Source of the DNA: Rhodosorus marinus CCMP1338
Lineage: Eukaryota; Plantae; Rhodophyta
Length of the DNA stretch: 64,000 nucleotides
Direction: 5' to 3'
NCBI GenBank assembly: GCA_029953675.1
Contig: JAMWBK010000003.1
Location: forward strand, 682,001-746,000
Shown: positions 52,573-64,000 of the stretch, piece after piece
Position numbering within the stretch: the first letter of the stretch is position 1
How the letters are laid out: each line of letters begins with the position of its first letter
Position numbers and translations under genes: made by a program
The notes under the pieces: model-generated
Seen by the model: the letters and a program-made list of their open reading frames with translations, nothing else
Databases searched by the model: none
What the model was told of the DNA's origin: nothing

Positions 52573-53197
52573 GCCGCTTATCCCACCCCTTTCCTTTCAC
52601 CCTTTGCTCACAAACCTCAATGCCAAGAGACCACCAACAGAGAAATAATCAATGTACAGAACAACCAACGAAATAAAAACAAAACTTCTCCTTCACTCCA
52701 ACCAAACCTTGTTCCAACAAAGCCGAGCCCCAATCTGCTCAGGGCAGTACCTAACAACCAAAGCAACAACTACCCTCCCTCCTCAACAGCAAAAACTTCC
52801 AAAGAAAACGACCCGAACCGGCTAGCGACAACAAAAAAACCGCTCAACAAAAACCACCAGCACTAACAACGACCAACGTTGCCACAAGAGTTTCGTTCCC
52901 CCTCCGCCAACCACACTTTTCCCACACTCAACCTCCTCCCAAATACTTCCCCAATATCGCAACCCTCTCCTAACAAGACCAAAACCATCAAAATCCCCCG
53001 CGCAACAAACTTCCAAACAGAGCAGCGACAAACTGCAGCTTCTCAGAAGCCAAGCCTCCTCCTAAAAACACCAAGAACACCTCTGTCCGAACTTCCCCCC
53101 AACTCCCCCCCTCCCTCCTCCCCTGAAAAAAACAACCTTTCCACCACCAACATCACCACCACCTCCTCCTCTCTCAAACAACAGAGTACATCACATG

Positions 53198-53231
53198 ACA
53201 CAAACACACATACACACACACACACAAACAC
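53198..53231. repeat. Imperfect (AC)n microsatellite
   Basis: acacaaacacacatacacacacacacacaaacac, read directly. Confidence 0.85.
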
Positions 53232-55741
53232 GAGATCGTAACTTAATATATATGATAATCTTCCTCTTTACGTCCCCGTCTGCAAGTTTCTCACGCTTAA
53301 CCCTCGCTAATGAAAGAGTAGTGCGCGCACGAAAACCTCCCCTCAGCAGCAAAAACCACGAGCGTCCTAAAACACTCTTATCACACAGAAAAAGCCATCC
53401 TCTGGCTCGAATGCCTCATGAGAGAAGTTTTTTCTTCCCTCAATAGATCTATTTTAACCAATCATCAATACTAGTAAGGACAGTTTGTCTATACTTTTAT
53501 TTCTTAATTGGTTGTATTGTTTTTAGTGAACAGCTGTCTACAAATTACTCTGTTTTTATTGGAGAACAATCGGGTCTTGATTTTGCAAATATTTTCTGCA
53601 GGGGTTGGCAGTGGGGAATGAAGGATTCTACCGGGTTAGGCTAGCATATTGAAAAATATGTATTTCTAGGAGGTAGCCGAGGTTATATTACATTGAGAGG
53701 AGAGGGGAGGTATGCGTGAGGTGGATTCTTTGTTTGGTACATGGAGAAAACGGAGAGTATCGTTTTTGTGTTTCTTTTTAGAGGTTGGTGGGATCGCGTG
53801 TTTCTTGTTTCGGGAGGAAGGGGGTAGAGGGATGTGTGTCAGGATTTAATTGCTGATATGCCTCCTGGTTTTGGGATTGGAGAAGAAGGGTGTTTGTTGG
53901 ACTTTGTACGTTGAGCTTTGTGGTAGAAGTGATGTACAAGAGCGTTCTTAGTTACACCTTTTCACCCCGAGGACAGTTACTGCACAGTACTTTCGCATGT
54001 GTGCGTGAGATTCCGCGAGATCTCGTCTCCAAGAGCAGCGGGATGTCGCGGTTTAACGGCGACCCTTGGCTTGAAAGAGGAGATGCTTCTGGAAGGTTTT
54101 TGGGGGTATAGTTTCTTTGAGGTAGGAGACGTCGCACTGTTAGGAACATATGATCCTAGTGGAGGAGCCCAGAGGTTTAACAATTTGTAACATCTTCCTA
54201 GGAGATGGATTGGTCATACCCATTCTTTGGATTCGCTTAGTCGTCGCCCACTGTTCTAAAAGGCTATGCACGTCTATGTGCCGCACCACATCGACTCGCA
54301 GTGGTCAAGTGATTCGGATGTTGAATCGCAAAGGAGCAGTCTACAGCCTTTGTTTCTACTTCAGATGGAAGCAATTGATGACAGTCTTTGGGTTCAGATT
54401 CAAAGTATTTATCAATGGCATTACAGCTCGCAGGTTCATAGTCGGTTTCCTCCGGCGATGAGCAAGCAAAATCTGTACCGTAATTCCAGCCTAACGTGTG
54501 CAACGCGACATCCCGCCAACCACCCACCTCCTCGCCGGGCAAAAAATCATCCGGAGCTCAATCTGAATGGATCCGCACTACACTTGCACAAGGGCGAGAA
54601 TAAGCGTTGCAAGCTGCTCTTCCACCGCTCCGATCTCTAGCTCGAAACCTTGAAATTAGGCTGGGTAGAGCGCTACACTACTGTCCCATACGCACCCTTC
54701 ACTTGGCCTTGATTGGTAGAGGTGAGAAGCCATTGGTCTTACAACCGAACGAACGATATTGTCAACAAAAAACATATCCCGACGAGAACACAGCAAACAC
54801 AACTGAAATGAAAGATTTATGAAATCTGGAAAGCCGGATACGAAACCAATCATCGAATAGTTGGAAACCATTACCCAATTATCACACATCGCGCGTCTAA
54901 AATGCACGCGCCCAATCAATTGTTTTCACAAAACTTGAATAAATAATATATCTATGACCAATCAACACCCGATTCTAGAAATTTCACCTTGGTTAATAAT
55001 GGTCTTTTTACATTCAGAATGCAATGGTCGGTAGATTCCCTCATCTTCATTGGACAAAAAGACCATCAGCCTCTCATCATCTAACCAATAATATACGAAT
55101 CGTTGATGTTGGAACAGCATCTGAGTGGCTGGAAAATGAAACTTGGCCCAGAAACGCGTCTGCTTTTTCTCTCCGGATCCCGCAAAAAAAAAAGGAAGGC
55201 CTCCCTCTCTGTAAGCAATATTGTTTTTAAGAAGCTTTTAAGGTGATCCCCTGAAATGGCTTAATGTCCAGGAAATTTCCGTTTTAGGGTTTTCTGATTC
55301 TTTTTATTTTATAGATGGTTTCCTTTTTAGTTGGCCTTTTTGAATTGATATTTTCATTACCAATTTGTCATATTGTGTATTTTCCGCTTTTTTTGAGTTC
55401 ATCATTTGGGGGTGGGCCCGGAGGCTATCCTGTGTGAAGCAATCCGTTTTTGGAGAAGAGTTTTTAGCTTTGTTTCTTTTTTTTTGGGGGGGGGTCGGGG
55501 GTAGTGGTTTTGTCTGTGTGCGTGTGAGGGAGGGATGAGCGGTATTGGGTATCGGATTGTTAGGACTGCAAGGGAGGCGATGTACTTTTTTTTTGCTATA
55601 TATGTCTGCAAGCTTCTGGGCCTTCTGATCGTGGGGGCTGGAGCCTGCAGCTAGGTGAGGGTGGGATTTGTTTTGAGATCAGGTAGAGAGAGGTTTTTGT
55701 TTTCTTTTGTGTGTTTGGTGTGTTTTTTGGGGCTGCGGTGC

Positions 55742-57154
55742 ATGGCTGGGCTCTGGAGGTACTGTGGCGGGGGGTTGGCTGGGTCGTATCCGAGGGTATT
55801 GGAGTTTTCGAGGAGGGCGGGATGGAGAACCATGCACACGCTTCAAGTGGATGGGGGCGATGGCGAGGGTTCTCAGGGAGTGAAGCTGTTTAACTCGAGC
55901 TGGACTTTTGATGATATCCCGTCCTCGCAGCTGGTGAGGTCGGTTGCTGTGCTGAAGATGACTCAGTATGAGCCTGTAGTCAAGTATGGCCCTAAGCTGT
56001 TCAGCATGGCGCAGAGCATACCGGTGGTTAGAGAATCGGCCAACTTCGTGGCGAAGAGGACGTTCTTCAAGCAGTTTTGCGGTGGAGAGACGCTCGAAGA
56101 GTGCGTTCCGCTTGCAGATCGGCTGCAACACAAAGGCGTCGCCTGTATTTATGACTATTCGGTAGAGGCCTCCCCAGAAAAGAAGGGACTGGCCCCTTCT
56201 CCCGCAAGTTACGATCAGACTGCACGGATCATATCAGACTCTATTGGATTCGCACACCGTCATGGACATCGAGCGTTTGTTTGTGTGAAAGTTAGCGGGG
56301 TTGTCAACGACTCAGTTCTAGAGAAAACCAGTGGTGCAATGATGTCCGGAAATCTGAAAACTAATATGAGGCAAGCATTGAAGAATTTGAAGTTCGAAAA
56401 TGCCCCAGGCCTGACCGGAAACGAAGTAACAGAGTTCATGGCTGGGCTTGACAGACTGGATATGATATGCCAGGCAGGACATCAGCTCGATGTGCCTGTA
56501 CTTATTGATGCTGAGCAGTACTCATTGCAGGCTGCGATTGATCTGTGCGCAGTCGCGATGCAGGAGAGATACAACAAGGACAAGCCATTGATATACTCCA
56601 CGCTTCAGTCGTACCTTAAAACAGCTCCAGCGCGGCTAGACTTTTTGAGAGAAAGCGCTTCAGAGGACAACTTCAAGTACGCTCTGAAACATGTGCGCGG
56701 GGCGTACATGGTGTCAGAAAGAAAGCTTGCCGAAAAGAGCGGATATAGCTCGCCAATTTGCGAGTCAGAGAGTCTTACGCATCAACAATACGATAATCAT
56801 TCCCGGCAGATGCTCCATGACGTGTCAGAAAACGGAGCCGCTGCTCTCTTTGCGACGCACAACGCCAGCTCCCTCAGGAGCATCGCGGAAGACTGCTTGA
56901 GGATGAATATTCCGAAATCGTCTCCCCGTCTCCACTTCGCCCAACTGTACGGAATGGGGGACACGCTGACCATAGGCATGGCAAAGGCTGGGTTCAACGC
57001 TGCCAAGTATGTACCATATGGCCCAATATCGGAAGCTCTCCCCTACCTTTCAAGGCGGCTGGAGGAGAACAACAATGCGCTGAGCGGTGCTCCAGTTGAT
57101 ATTCAGATGTTCACTGAGGAGCTGAAGAAGCGCGACCTCATCCTCAGGCTGTAA
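55742..57154 (+). CDS. PRODH: Mitochondrial proline dehydrogenase, intronless
   Basis: RTFFKQFCGGET, LIDAEQYSLQAAID, YSTLQSYLK, KHVRGAYMVSE, FATHN, FAQLYGMGD and KYVPYGP...PYLSRRLEEN; first ATG at 55742. Confidence 0.93.
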   Translation: MAGLWRYCGGGLAGSYPRVLEFSRRAGWRTMHTLQVDGGDGEGSQGVKLFNSSWTFDDIPSSQLVRSVAVLKMTQYEPVVKYGPKLFSMAQSIPVVRESANFVAKRTFFKQFCGGETLEECVPLADRLQHKGVACIYDYSVEASPEKKGLAPSPASYDQTARIISDSIGFAHRHGHRAFVCVKVSGVVNDSVLEKTSGAMMSGNLKTNMRQALKNLKFENAPGLTGNEVTEFMAGLDRLDMICQAGHQLDVPVLIDAEQYSLQAAIDLCAVAMQERYNKDKPLIYSTLQSYLKTAPARLDFLRESASEDNFKYALKHVRGAYMVSERKLAEKSGYSSPICESESLTHQQYDNHSRQMLHDVSENGAAALFATHNASSLRSIAEDCLRMNIPKSSPRLHFAQLYGMGDTLTIGMAKAGFNAAKYVPYGPISEALPYLSRRLEENNNALSGAPVDIQMFTEELKKRDLILRL

Positions 57155-57599
57155 ATAGGAAACCGCATTGTATAGTATCACGACCTCAACTGACGAGCAG
57201 TGTCAAGGGGTAATGAAAAGGTTTCCATGTCGTTTTAATAAAAGCAAATAATTTTTGAAGCACGCAACCAAAAGTCGGAGCAGACGACGACTCCTTTTTT
57301 TTTGGCAGTTGTGCAAAGTCGCGTAGTACAGACAAACGCTCACGTCTTCCAGCACGTGCTGCTCACATCAACAAAAGAGCCAAAACTCCAATCCTGCTAG
57401 AAAGAAGACGTGTCTTGGCAGCGCCAATCGACCGCATCAAGAGTAAGCACCGCGTTCATTCAGATTTTGATGCGCCGAGTAAAGAGCGAAAAACATCGCA
57501 ATCCTTCAAAGCCGTAGAAACTCATGCGCTGCGGTTGAAGCATTCCACCAAGCCCCAGCTGGTGATCTCTTTCCACAAGCTAACACACGCACCGCCTCT

Positions 57600-58523
57600 T
57601 CATCCCGTTCCATCTGTATTGAAATCTTGCGCCGTGCTATTGAGCTGTCCCGTTGTACCCTCACCATTGTTCGAGGATTCCAATTTGGACTCAAACAGGC
57701 TCAGCGTAAGCATCTCCTCCTCTGCCCGTTTGGCTTTCCTCCTGTTGCTCCTAAGGAACGAAAACACAACCCAAATCCTATTCAGTTGACAACCGATAAA
57801 CAGTGACACACTACTGTCTCCACTCGCGGAAAGAAACTATGACGATGTTGCTTCCGTAAGCTTCCGAGTACGGTTCATGAGACCAAGAAACGGGGCTCGC
57901 CCACGGAGCGCCAAGCTTACCAGGTCTTGTAGATCAGATATGCAAGATTCAAAAGTCCACATATGATCGCGACACCATAAAGAGTCACGAAACATGCCCA
58001 GCCACCTGCCGTGAAGTCACCTGAAAACCCATGCGAGATTACTCGTCAGTGCCCGCTCTATCTGGACGAAGCAAGAGTGATTTACACGTAGCAATGGCCC
58101 TTCTCCTTCTCCAAATCAAGTCATTGGGGATCGCAGTGGGATCCCAATTGGGATCGCATTGAGAAGCCCCGCCCTGCCTCGAGAGGTCTTAGACTAGGCA
58201 TTTGCAAAAAGGCGGTGCAAATCATGGGCGACAAGTAACTTACTCTCACACCAGCAATCGATGTTCTCCGTCAATGTTAAGTTCGTTGGAAAAGACCCAT
58301 TCTGAAAAATAAGTGGCTGATTTACACAACAGAACCAGTCGTTCAGAGCGTTGTCCTCGGGGCAGTCACAGCTGACCTGCCCTCCCAAGAAAGGATACTG
58401 AGCGCAAAGCTCCTTATCAGTCACAACGTAGTCACACCTGGAATCATACACTTCGCTAGAACTCCCCAAGACGCCGCAGACGACTAGAGCCAATCCAACG
58501 ACCACAGTCCCTCTCAGACCCAT
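57600..58523 (-). CDS. Unrecognised type I membrane protein: signal peptide, 8-Cys ectodomain, one TM helix and a cytosolic tail; 3 exons
   Basis: MGLRGTVVVGLALVVCGVLG; SRCDY..ELCAQ..SCDCP..WFCCV..DCWCE|SDFTAGGWACFVTLYGVAIICGLLNLAYLIYKTW|..SNRRKAKRAEEE. GTAAGT/GTAAGC donors join in frame; N-glycosylation sites NGS and NLT. Confidence 0.7.
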
Positions 58524-60024
58524 GTCCGAAAAGTTTTCAGGCTGACCGACCAAATTCAGTTTGTAAAACCCTTCCGGTTGAAACAACTCCCCCACACCTC
58601 TACGTCGCACGAGCACAAGGTTATAAACAGCGCATCAAATAGAAACTCCAAACCTAAAGCTGCACCCAACCCCCAATACTCAGCAACAGACGTTCCAACC
58701 AAGAGCGGCTCTGGTGAAACCAATACGTACACTAAACAACCCAAACCCAAGCGTCACAACCTAAACAAAAAAGCAAGTTTTCGCACATTCACAACCCCTT
58801 CCAAAAAACCCCTGTGCGCTTTCACCCCTTTCTTCTCTCCTCCCAACCAGCAAAAACCACCAGGACCCCCCCCTAACCAAAAACCCACAACCAACCTCCC
58901 TTCAGCCCCCAAAAACTTAAAACAAGACCGAACGTGAACAAGTTCTTCCAACACTCAACAAATTTTCCAAACAAAAACACAATACTCTAGAACCCCTACG
59001 CATACTACTTCCACTTCCACCTTTCCTTCTTCCCTTCCGCCCCCCGACACCCCCAACGTCCCTACTCAACCCCTTCTCACCTCCTCAACCAAACCTCTTG
59101 TCAAGGCGGAAATTCATATCTAACCAAAATACCGACTTTTGGTCATTTATCAGCACTTGACATTAAACGATGAAAAAAAAGAAGAAAAGGTGATGGGTAA
59201 GAGAGGGGCGAGGAATACCTGGAGAGTTCTTACGTCAAATAGCAAACTCTTATAACCCCTCAAAACCGAATAAACGATGAACAAGTCCACTTTTTATTGT
59301 ATAAGATGATATTATTTCTTAGAATAATGAATATTATACGTAATTTATGCATCAGAAACTTTTCTTGCGATATGCGTCAAAAACAAACGAAAAACAAGAT
59401 GGACTCCGATATTCTATAAATGGTATTGTTATTTAAGACATATGAAATTGTGGAGGTAGTTTATTCGTATGCTGTATTGAATTTACTTGATTTATAGAGG
59501 TTTTATATTGTTAAATACGATGTAGGGTTTATGAGACGGTTAGGGTTCGGAGTCGAGGTGGTGTGGGGGGTGAGATGGGGTTTAGGTGGGGGCTTTGATT
59601 AGATCCTTGGCGAGTTGCTGAAGGGTTAACTTTGCTTTAATTGAATAGTTAGATATCCTAGAAAACGATCCGCAGTTGACTATCGATAGAGAGAATGCGA
59701 TCTCGAGGGTTCTCTTTGCGTTGGGTGTCAAATTCGAAGCGAGAGGGGCTAAACTTCCTGAAGTCTGACCTTGCTCCTTATGGGGTTCGCGTCCACCCTC
59801 CCCCATCCGGGTTCTCAAATGGAAACTGGCAGTCCGGCCATCTGCTGGTCCCTATTGATCGTGATTCAAAACGCCCGAGCTGGGCAGTGGCAAAAAAGGT
59901 CGCACGGCGATCCGGTCTTTCGCAAGATTGCAGTCAATCGACAAGACCAGTCTCCTGATCCGCAGCTCACACCGACACAATTCCTTGCAGACCACAGTCG
60001 GTAGCACGGGACCGCAAGCCTGTA

Positions 60025-60224
60025 ATTGGTCAGGATAAATTCCTATTTACGAATAAGAATCTATATTGGTTATAATACGTACTATAATTTTTATAGATAT
60101 CTAATTGGTTATGAATGGTACTATAAGAGTTTTGATTGTATTGGGACTTCAGGTCGGACTATCCGTTTTGCAGTCAAAGAGCTCCTGTCGCGATTCCGGG
60201 TGGGTCGGGTATTGAGTAGATTGG
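60025..60224. promoter_or_regulatory. Roughly 40-bp periodic ATTGG (reverse CCAAT) array upstream of the RHD3-like gene
   Basis: ATTGG at 60025, 60065, 60104, 60140 and 60220. Confidence 0.5.
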
Positions 60225-60278
60225 TAGCAGTATATTTAATATATTCTTTTGTTGACGGAAAGAACTTGAGAGAGATGA

Positions 60279-62331
60279 ATGTCTGAAATGAAGCGCGGAA
60301 TTCTGATCAATGGTCATGGTGAGTTCAATTCATCCCTTGACCTTGACCTTGGGCCGTCGCACCTGGGGATTGTATCGGTCCTGCCAACGTTTCGTGCTGG
60401 GAAGAGCTCGCTCTTGAACGATCTGTTCTCGACGAGTTTTACTGTGAAACATGGGTTCAAGAAAGGGAGGAAAGAGGATCCCCGCAAAGCAGCGGGGCTT
60501 TCGGTTGAACTCGTTGGACGGGATTTGGTAGTCTTTGATTCTGAGAAGCGGGGGTCTTCTACAACAAAAAAAGTCGTAACGTTACAGGCCTGTCTATCGG
60601 ATGTGGTTGTTTTCATAGTCTTCGAATCTGATCTAGGGAGGTAGGTCTCTGTGAGTCATCAAATCGAGCGATCGACGCGTACTAAACCTTAACTCTTCTG
60701 GCTTCTGCGTAGGAGAGATTCCTTCGACATTGAAGTCATTCAGAGTTTTTTTGTCGATGCATACAAGATATCCCATCCTGAAGGACTGAAATCGAAGCTC
60801 ATCATCCTCGTCAGAGACGTCCATGACGCCGGGACCAGAAAGAATCAGAAGAACATGGAGAGGCTTATTCTCCGGAAACTCGAGAAGCTTTGGTTGTCTT
60901 GTCGACAGGTATTATAGTCTATTCACTATATTCAAAAATGAGCGTTGGATTCCTTGTAAACTTGCAATAGCGCGAACTGAAAGATCGACCCCTTGATCCG
61001 CCTGCAGGATCGGACGGCCAACCTTCGAAGCTTCCTGGACATAGCCGTCTGGCATTTGCCCCATCACCGGCTTAAGTTGGTAGAGTACAGCGAGTCCCTG
61101 AAAAATCTCCACCAGCTTATGATAGACGCGGTAGAAGGCGTAGGTTTATGATATCCCTACTTTGACCGCAAGGACTCTTCATAAGCAGCTCACTTCTGAC
61201 CAACATCAACTCCTTCCAACTTGCTAGGGAAAGTTCTCGAAGTCTATAGATGGGTTCTCCTTCACCACGTACTCACAGTTTGTGTGGACTTCCATGCGGG
61301 AAGACGAGACAGAGATGCTCCCAAAGCTGGCTGACCTGGTTGCCATGAATGACAGTGACGTTCAGTTCGGGAGAATTAGGAGAGAGTCTTGGAGGGTGAT
61401 CGAAGCTTGGAGGCTGCGCGTGGATTCGTCCAGCATAATATTTAATTTTGGTCCAGCGGCCTCCGACCTCTACACCAAAGCCTTGCGAGAGTGCGTCAGC
61501 TATGACTCTTATCAAGAGATCTTAGCGGACGATCTGCGTTCTTACCAGGGCTTGCACGATCTTCTGTTTCCTTTGACTAGATTTGATGAGAAGACGTCCT
61601 CATTTAGTGAAAATAGATTCAGAAGGACCAGGCGTCAAGAACTAATCGATTTACTGGAGAACGCGATTTCAGGCCTATTCGTTGACCAGCTGAAACTCCT
61701 GCAGAGAGCAGCGAACTCGGAGGTGAGGACGAAGCTGCTAGAAGAAGTGCGAAGATCTGGTATTATCTCTGAGACACGCCAAGATTCCATCACTCGTGAG
61801 GCCATATCGAGGTAAGAAGCACGCTTCTTCGGTCCATATGGTCGGGCGAGATTGACGCTGAATCGCATACTTTGCAGATTTTGCTCCGGTGCCGAGACCC
61901 TTGAAGTTTCCGACCTAAGGCTTAGCGCGTACGCAGCACGAATAGAGCTGGAAAACGCTCTTCATTCTCTGATCACCGGATTCAGTGGCAGCGCTGTAGC
62001 GCAGGGGACTGCCGCCTCCAGAAATGCGCAGCTTAGTAGGAGCAATCGACGGACTTACATTCCGGGAAACATTCTTCCCGGTGTGTCCCTGGGGTTGAGT
62101 GTAACTTCAGAAGTGCGAAATAATGGCTACGGAAACGCACAGTTGTGGTCCAGCTATTCCAACGGTCCTCACACCCTCAATTTAGGTTACGCGAACGATG
62201 CGGACGCCGTTCTACAGCAAGGGGGTGGGGGCGTTCCGTTCATCCGTTTGCAACCTTCGCTGAGGTTTGATATTGATGCGCCGTACATGTGCTCCGAGCT
62301 TCAGAAGAGGCGACAAGGAGGGCGAGGATAA
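60279..62331 (+). CDS. RHD3/Sey1 (atlastin-family)-related protein with degenerate GTPase motifs and a non-canonical C-terminus; multi-exon
   Basis: ILINGHGEFN, VSVLPTFRAGKSSLLNDLFSTSF, KLIILVRD, LEKLWLS, FLDIAVWHLPHH and GFSFTTYSQFVWTSMREDETEMLPKLADLVA are all colinear with RHD3/Sey1. No TM hairpin is seen at the C-terminus. Confidence 0.8.
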
Positions 62332-63683
62332 GCAGATTTGCGAACGAACGCTAACAAGATTTTGTATAAAAGATAGATGAAAAGTTTTGCCTGACGATCC
62401 GTCAGATGTTGGAGGTTGGCCACATCTCCGCCTTGGAGGTCTCTTATCAAGTCTTCTCATTCAAAAATCCAGCGCTGCTCTGGTTCGTTTGCGCGCTTAC
62501 AACTGCGCGGGTAGAGCCCGGGTTGACATACTTTTAAGGCTCTAGCGTCTGAAACCCCACGATGGTAGAAAACGCAGATTGAACGCGGGTTTCTGATCAC
62601 CCCTTCCTCGCCGGCGCCTGCTTTCTCGTCTATGGTCTGCAATCGATTTTTTTGTATTCACGGAGCGCAATCTGGCTTTTGGAGTGCGAGAGATTGTAGC
62701 GTCATCGCGCAGATCAAGCAAGTAAACCCTATTCAGTTTGCTCAAGCCTATATATCGATCCCTTCACGAACAAACTCCAAATCGGGTCTTCGGTGAAAGA
62801 GTCTTGCTAATTTGCGAACGCCGTGCTCATGCTTTAAGAGCAGTAACAGCGCTTCCAATGTCTCAAGCGTTTGGGCTCTGTACAACAATGCCTTTCTCCG
62901 CTAGAGTTCATTGTCATCATCATCACCACACACTCGACTATTCAGAGACACCCCAACCCCAAGAGGGGGGGGGGTTGGAAGTTGGGTGAAACATGATAGG
63001 GAAACGGGCCTCGAAAACTAAGCTGGCGGCGTCAGAGCACCACAGAAAAAATACTTCAGCGAATTGAGAAAGAACTCGAGTGATTGTCATCGCGTCCGCA
63101 AAAACAGCCCACGAAAAAGCCGATCCACACCAAAACTTTCGATCAACCCGAAAGGACCAATTCGAACCTCAAACGACAGGCGGGACAATATCCGCGTGTC
63201 ACAGTCGATTGCAGGGAGCTCACGTTTTCGTAAAAGTCTCCAGAGTACACATCCTCCTTCTGGCGACGCATCATTCCGGCAGTTGACGCCACGGCTCCCC
63301 ACCCCCTCCCCCAACGCCTGGCGACAGCCTGTCCCATGCCATTTTGACTGGAGAAGAAGAGGAAACGAACTGCTCATTGTCGGTGACAATGGGGGATAAG
63401 ATGTGGATGGATGTTTCGGCTTTGGGACGTGAGGGCTTGATGTTTACGTAAGATAATTTTCTCTGATAATCGCTGAGTCTGGTGTGAAAGGAGCTCTAGC
63501 CTGCAGAAGTACGCGCAACTTTTTGTACTTGTGGTAGAAGTGCTTGTTCGGGAAGGTTAGGATTTGGTTTGAACTAGGACGCCCCGAGAGGGGGAAAGGC
63601 GGGGGGGGTGTTGGGTACCTGAAGACCTGGCGGAAGACGAGGCTTTGGACGGCGGCAACTAGTAAAGGTGGGAGGTGGTTATC

Positions 63684-64000
63684 ATGATCATTCCCGTGCG
63701 TTGCTTCACGTGTGGCAAGGTATGTTTGGTGTGTTCCTACTTGTTTGAAAACCTTCAAGGGCATGGCGATCGTTGGAAATCCTGATGTACAGGGCCTATC
63801 ATCAAGCGGATTCGTGTGGAAGAGGAGCTTGGACGCAGCTTGTCTTAGGATCTAAATGTTTAAGGCTAAAAAGTCGGTGCTCAAAGTCATGTTTCTCGTA
63901 TTTTTTCTCTTTTGCTGTCTCTTTATCATGGGAATAGGTTGTCGGAAACAAATGGTATGCGTACTTGACTCTCCTGAGTGAAGAAAAGACGGAAGGGTGA
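63684..64000 (+). CDS. RPB10: RNA polymerase I/II/III shared subunit RPB10 (partial; runs off the window end)
   Basis: Exon 1 MIIPVRCFTCGK|GTATG; exon 2 VVGNKWYAYLTLLSEEKTEG|GTGA. Confidence 0.95.

Noticed and set aside
53890-54640. Overlapping 60-125 aa ORFs; one frame is interrupted by two stops
   Set aside because: No motif or consistent splice model was found; counted only as an orphan transcription candidate.
62751-62903. TPR-like peptide RRKALLYRAQTLETLEALLLLLK on the minus strand
   Set aside because: It is a single 50-codon stretch bounded by stops, with no start or splice model; too weak to call.

Overview
A 64-kb window of a compact, gene-dense eukaryotic nuclear genome with short GT-AG introns (about 50-220 nt). 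AT-rich promoter islands of 150-450 bp separate the genes, and 5' leaders are G/T-rich on the sense strand. Several nuclear genes carry Phe-motif (GFV/GFI) plastid transit peptides with no signal peptide, which suggests a unicellular red alga; this is inference. About 25 protein genes were recognised by manual splicing: SAC phosphatase, CSN8-like, ketoacyl-CoA reductase, plastid MATE, COG8, plastid ankyrin protein, DNA ligase I, TMEM115, proteasome beta-6, SUMO, TRAPPC5, DIPP-type Nudix, DUF4203 protein, RIO1, RNase HII, two centrin-like genes, a LURP-like ORF, a basic mitochondrial-type ORF, proline dehydrogenase, an RHD3-like gene and partial RPB10. The most unusual items are: (1) a plastid-targeted adenylate kinase-adenylate kinase-DUF3054 membrane fusion; (2) an RHD3/Sey1-derived protein with degenerate GTPase motifs and a beta-strand tail in place of the TM hairpin; (3) a 59-aa all-Cys RING microprotein below the ORF-track cutoff; (4) two diverged centrin-like paralogues with matching paired G-boxes upstream; (5) a decayed Ty3/Gypsy gag relic between RNase HII and its nearest promoter island; (6) a perfect 16-bp-arm hairpin; (7) an unrecognised Cys-rich type I membrane protein. 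No tRNA, rRNA or CRISPR array was found. Exon boundaries and family assignments were made by eye with no database search, so novelty is unverified.
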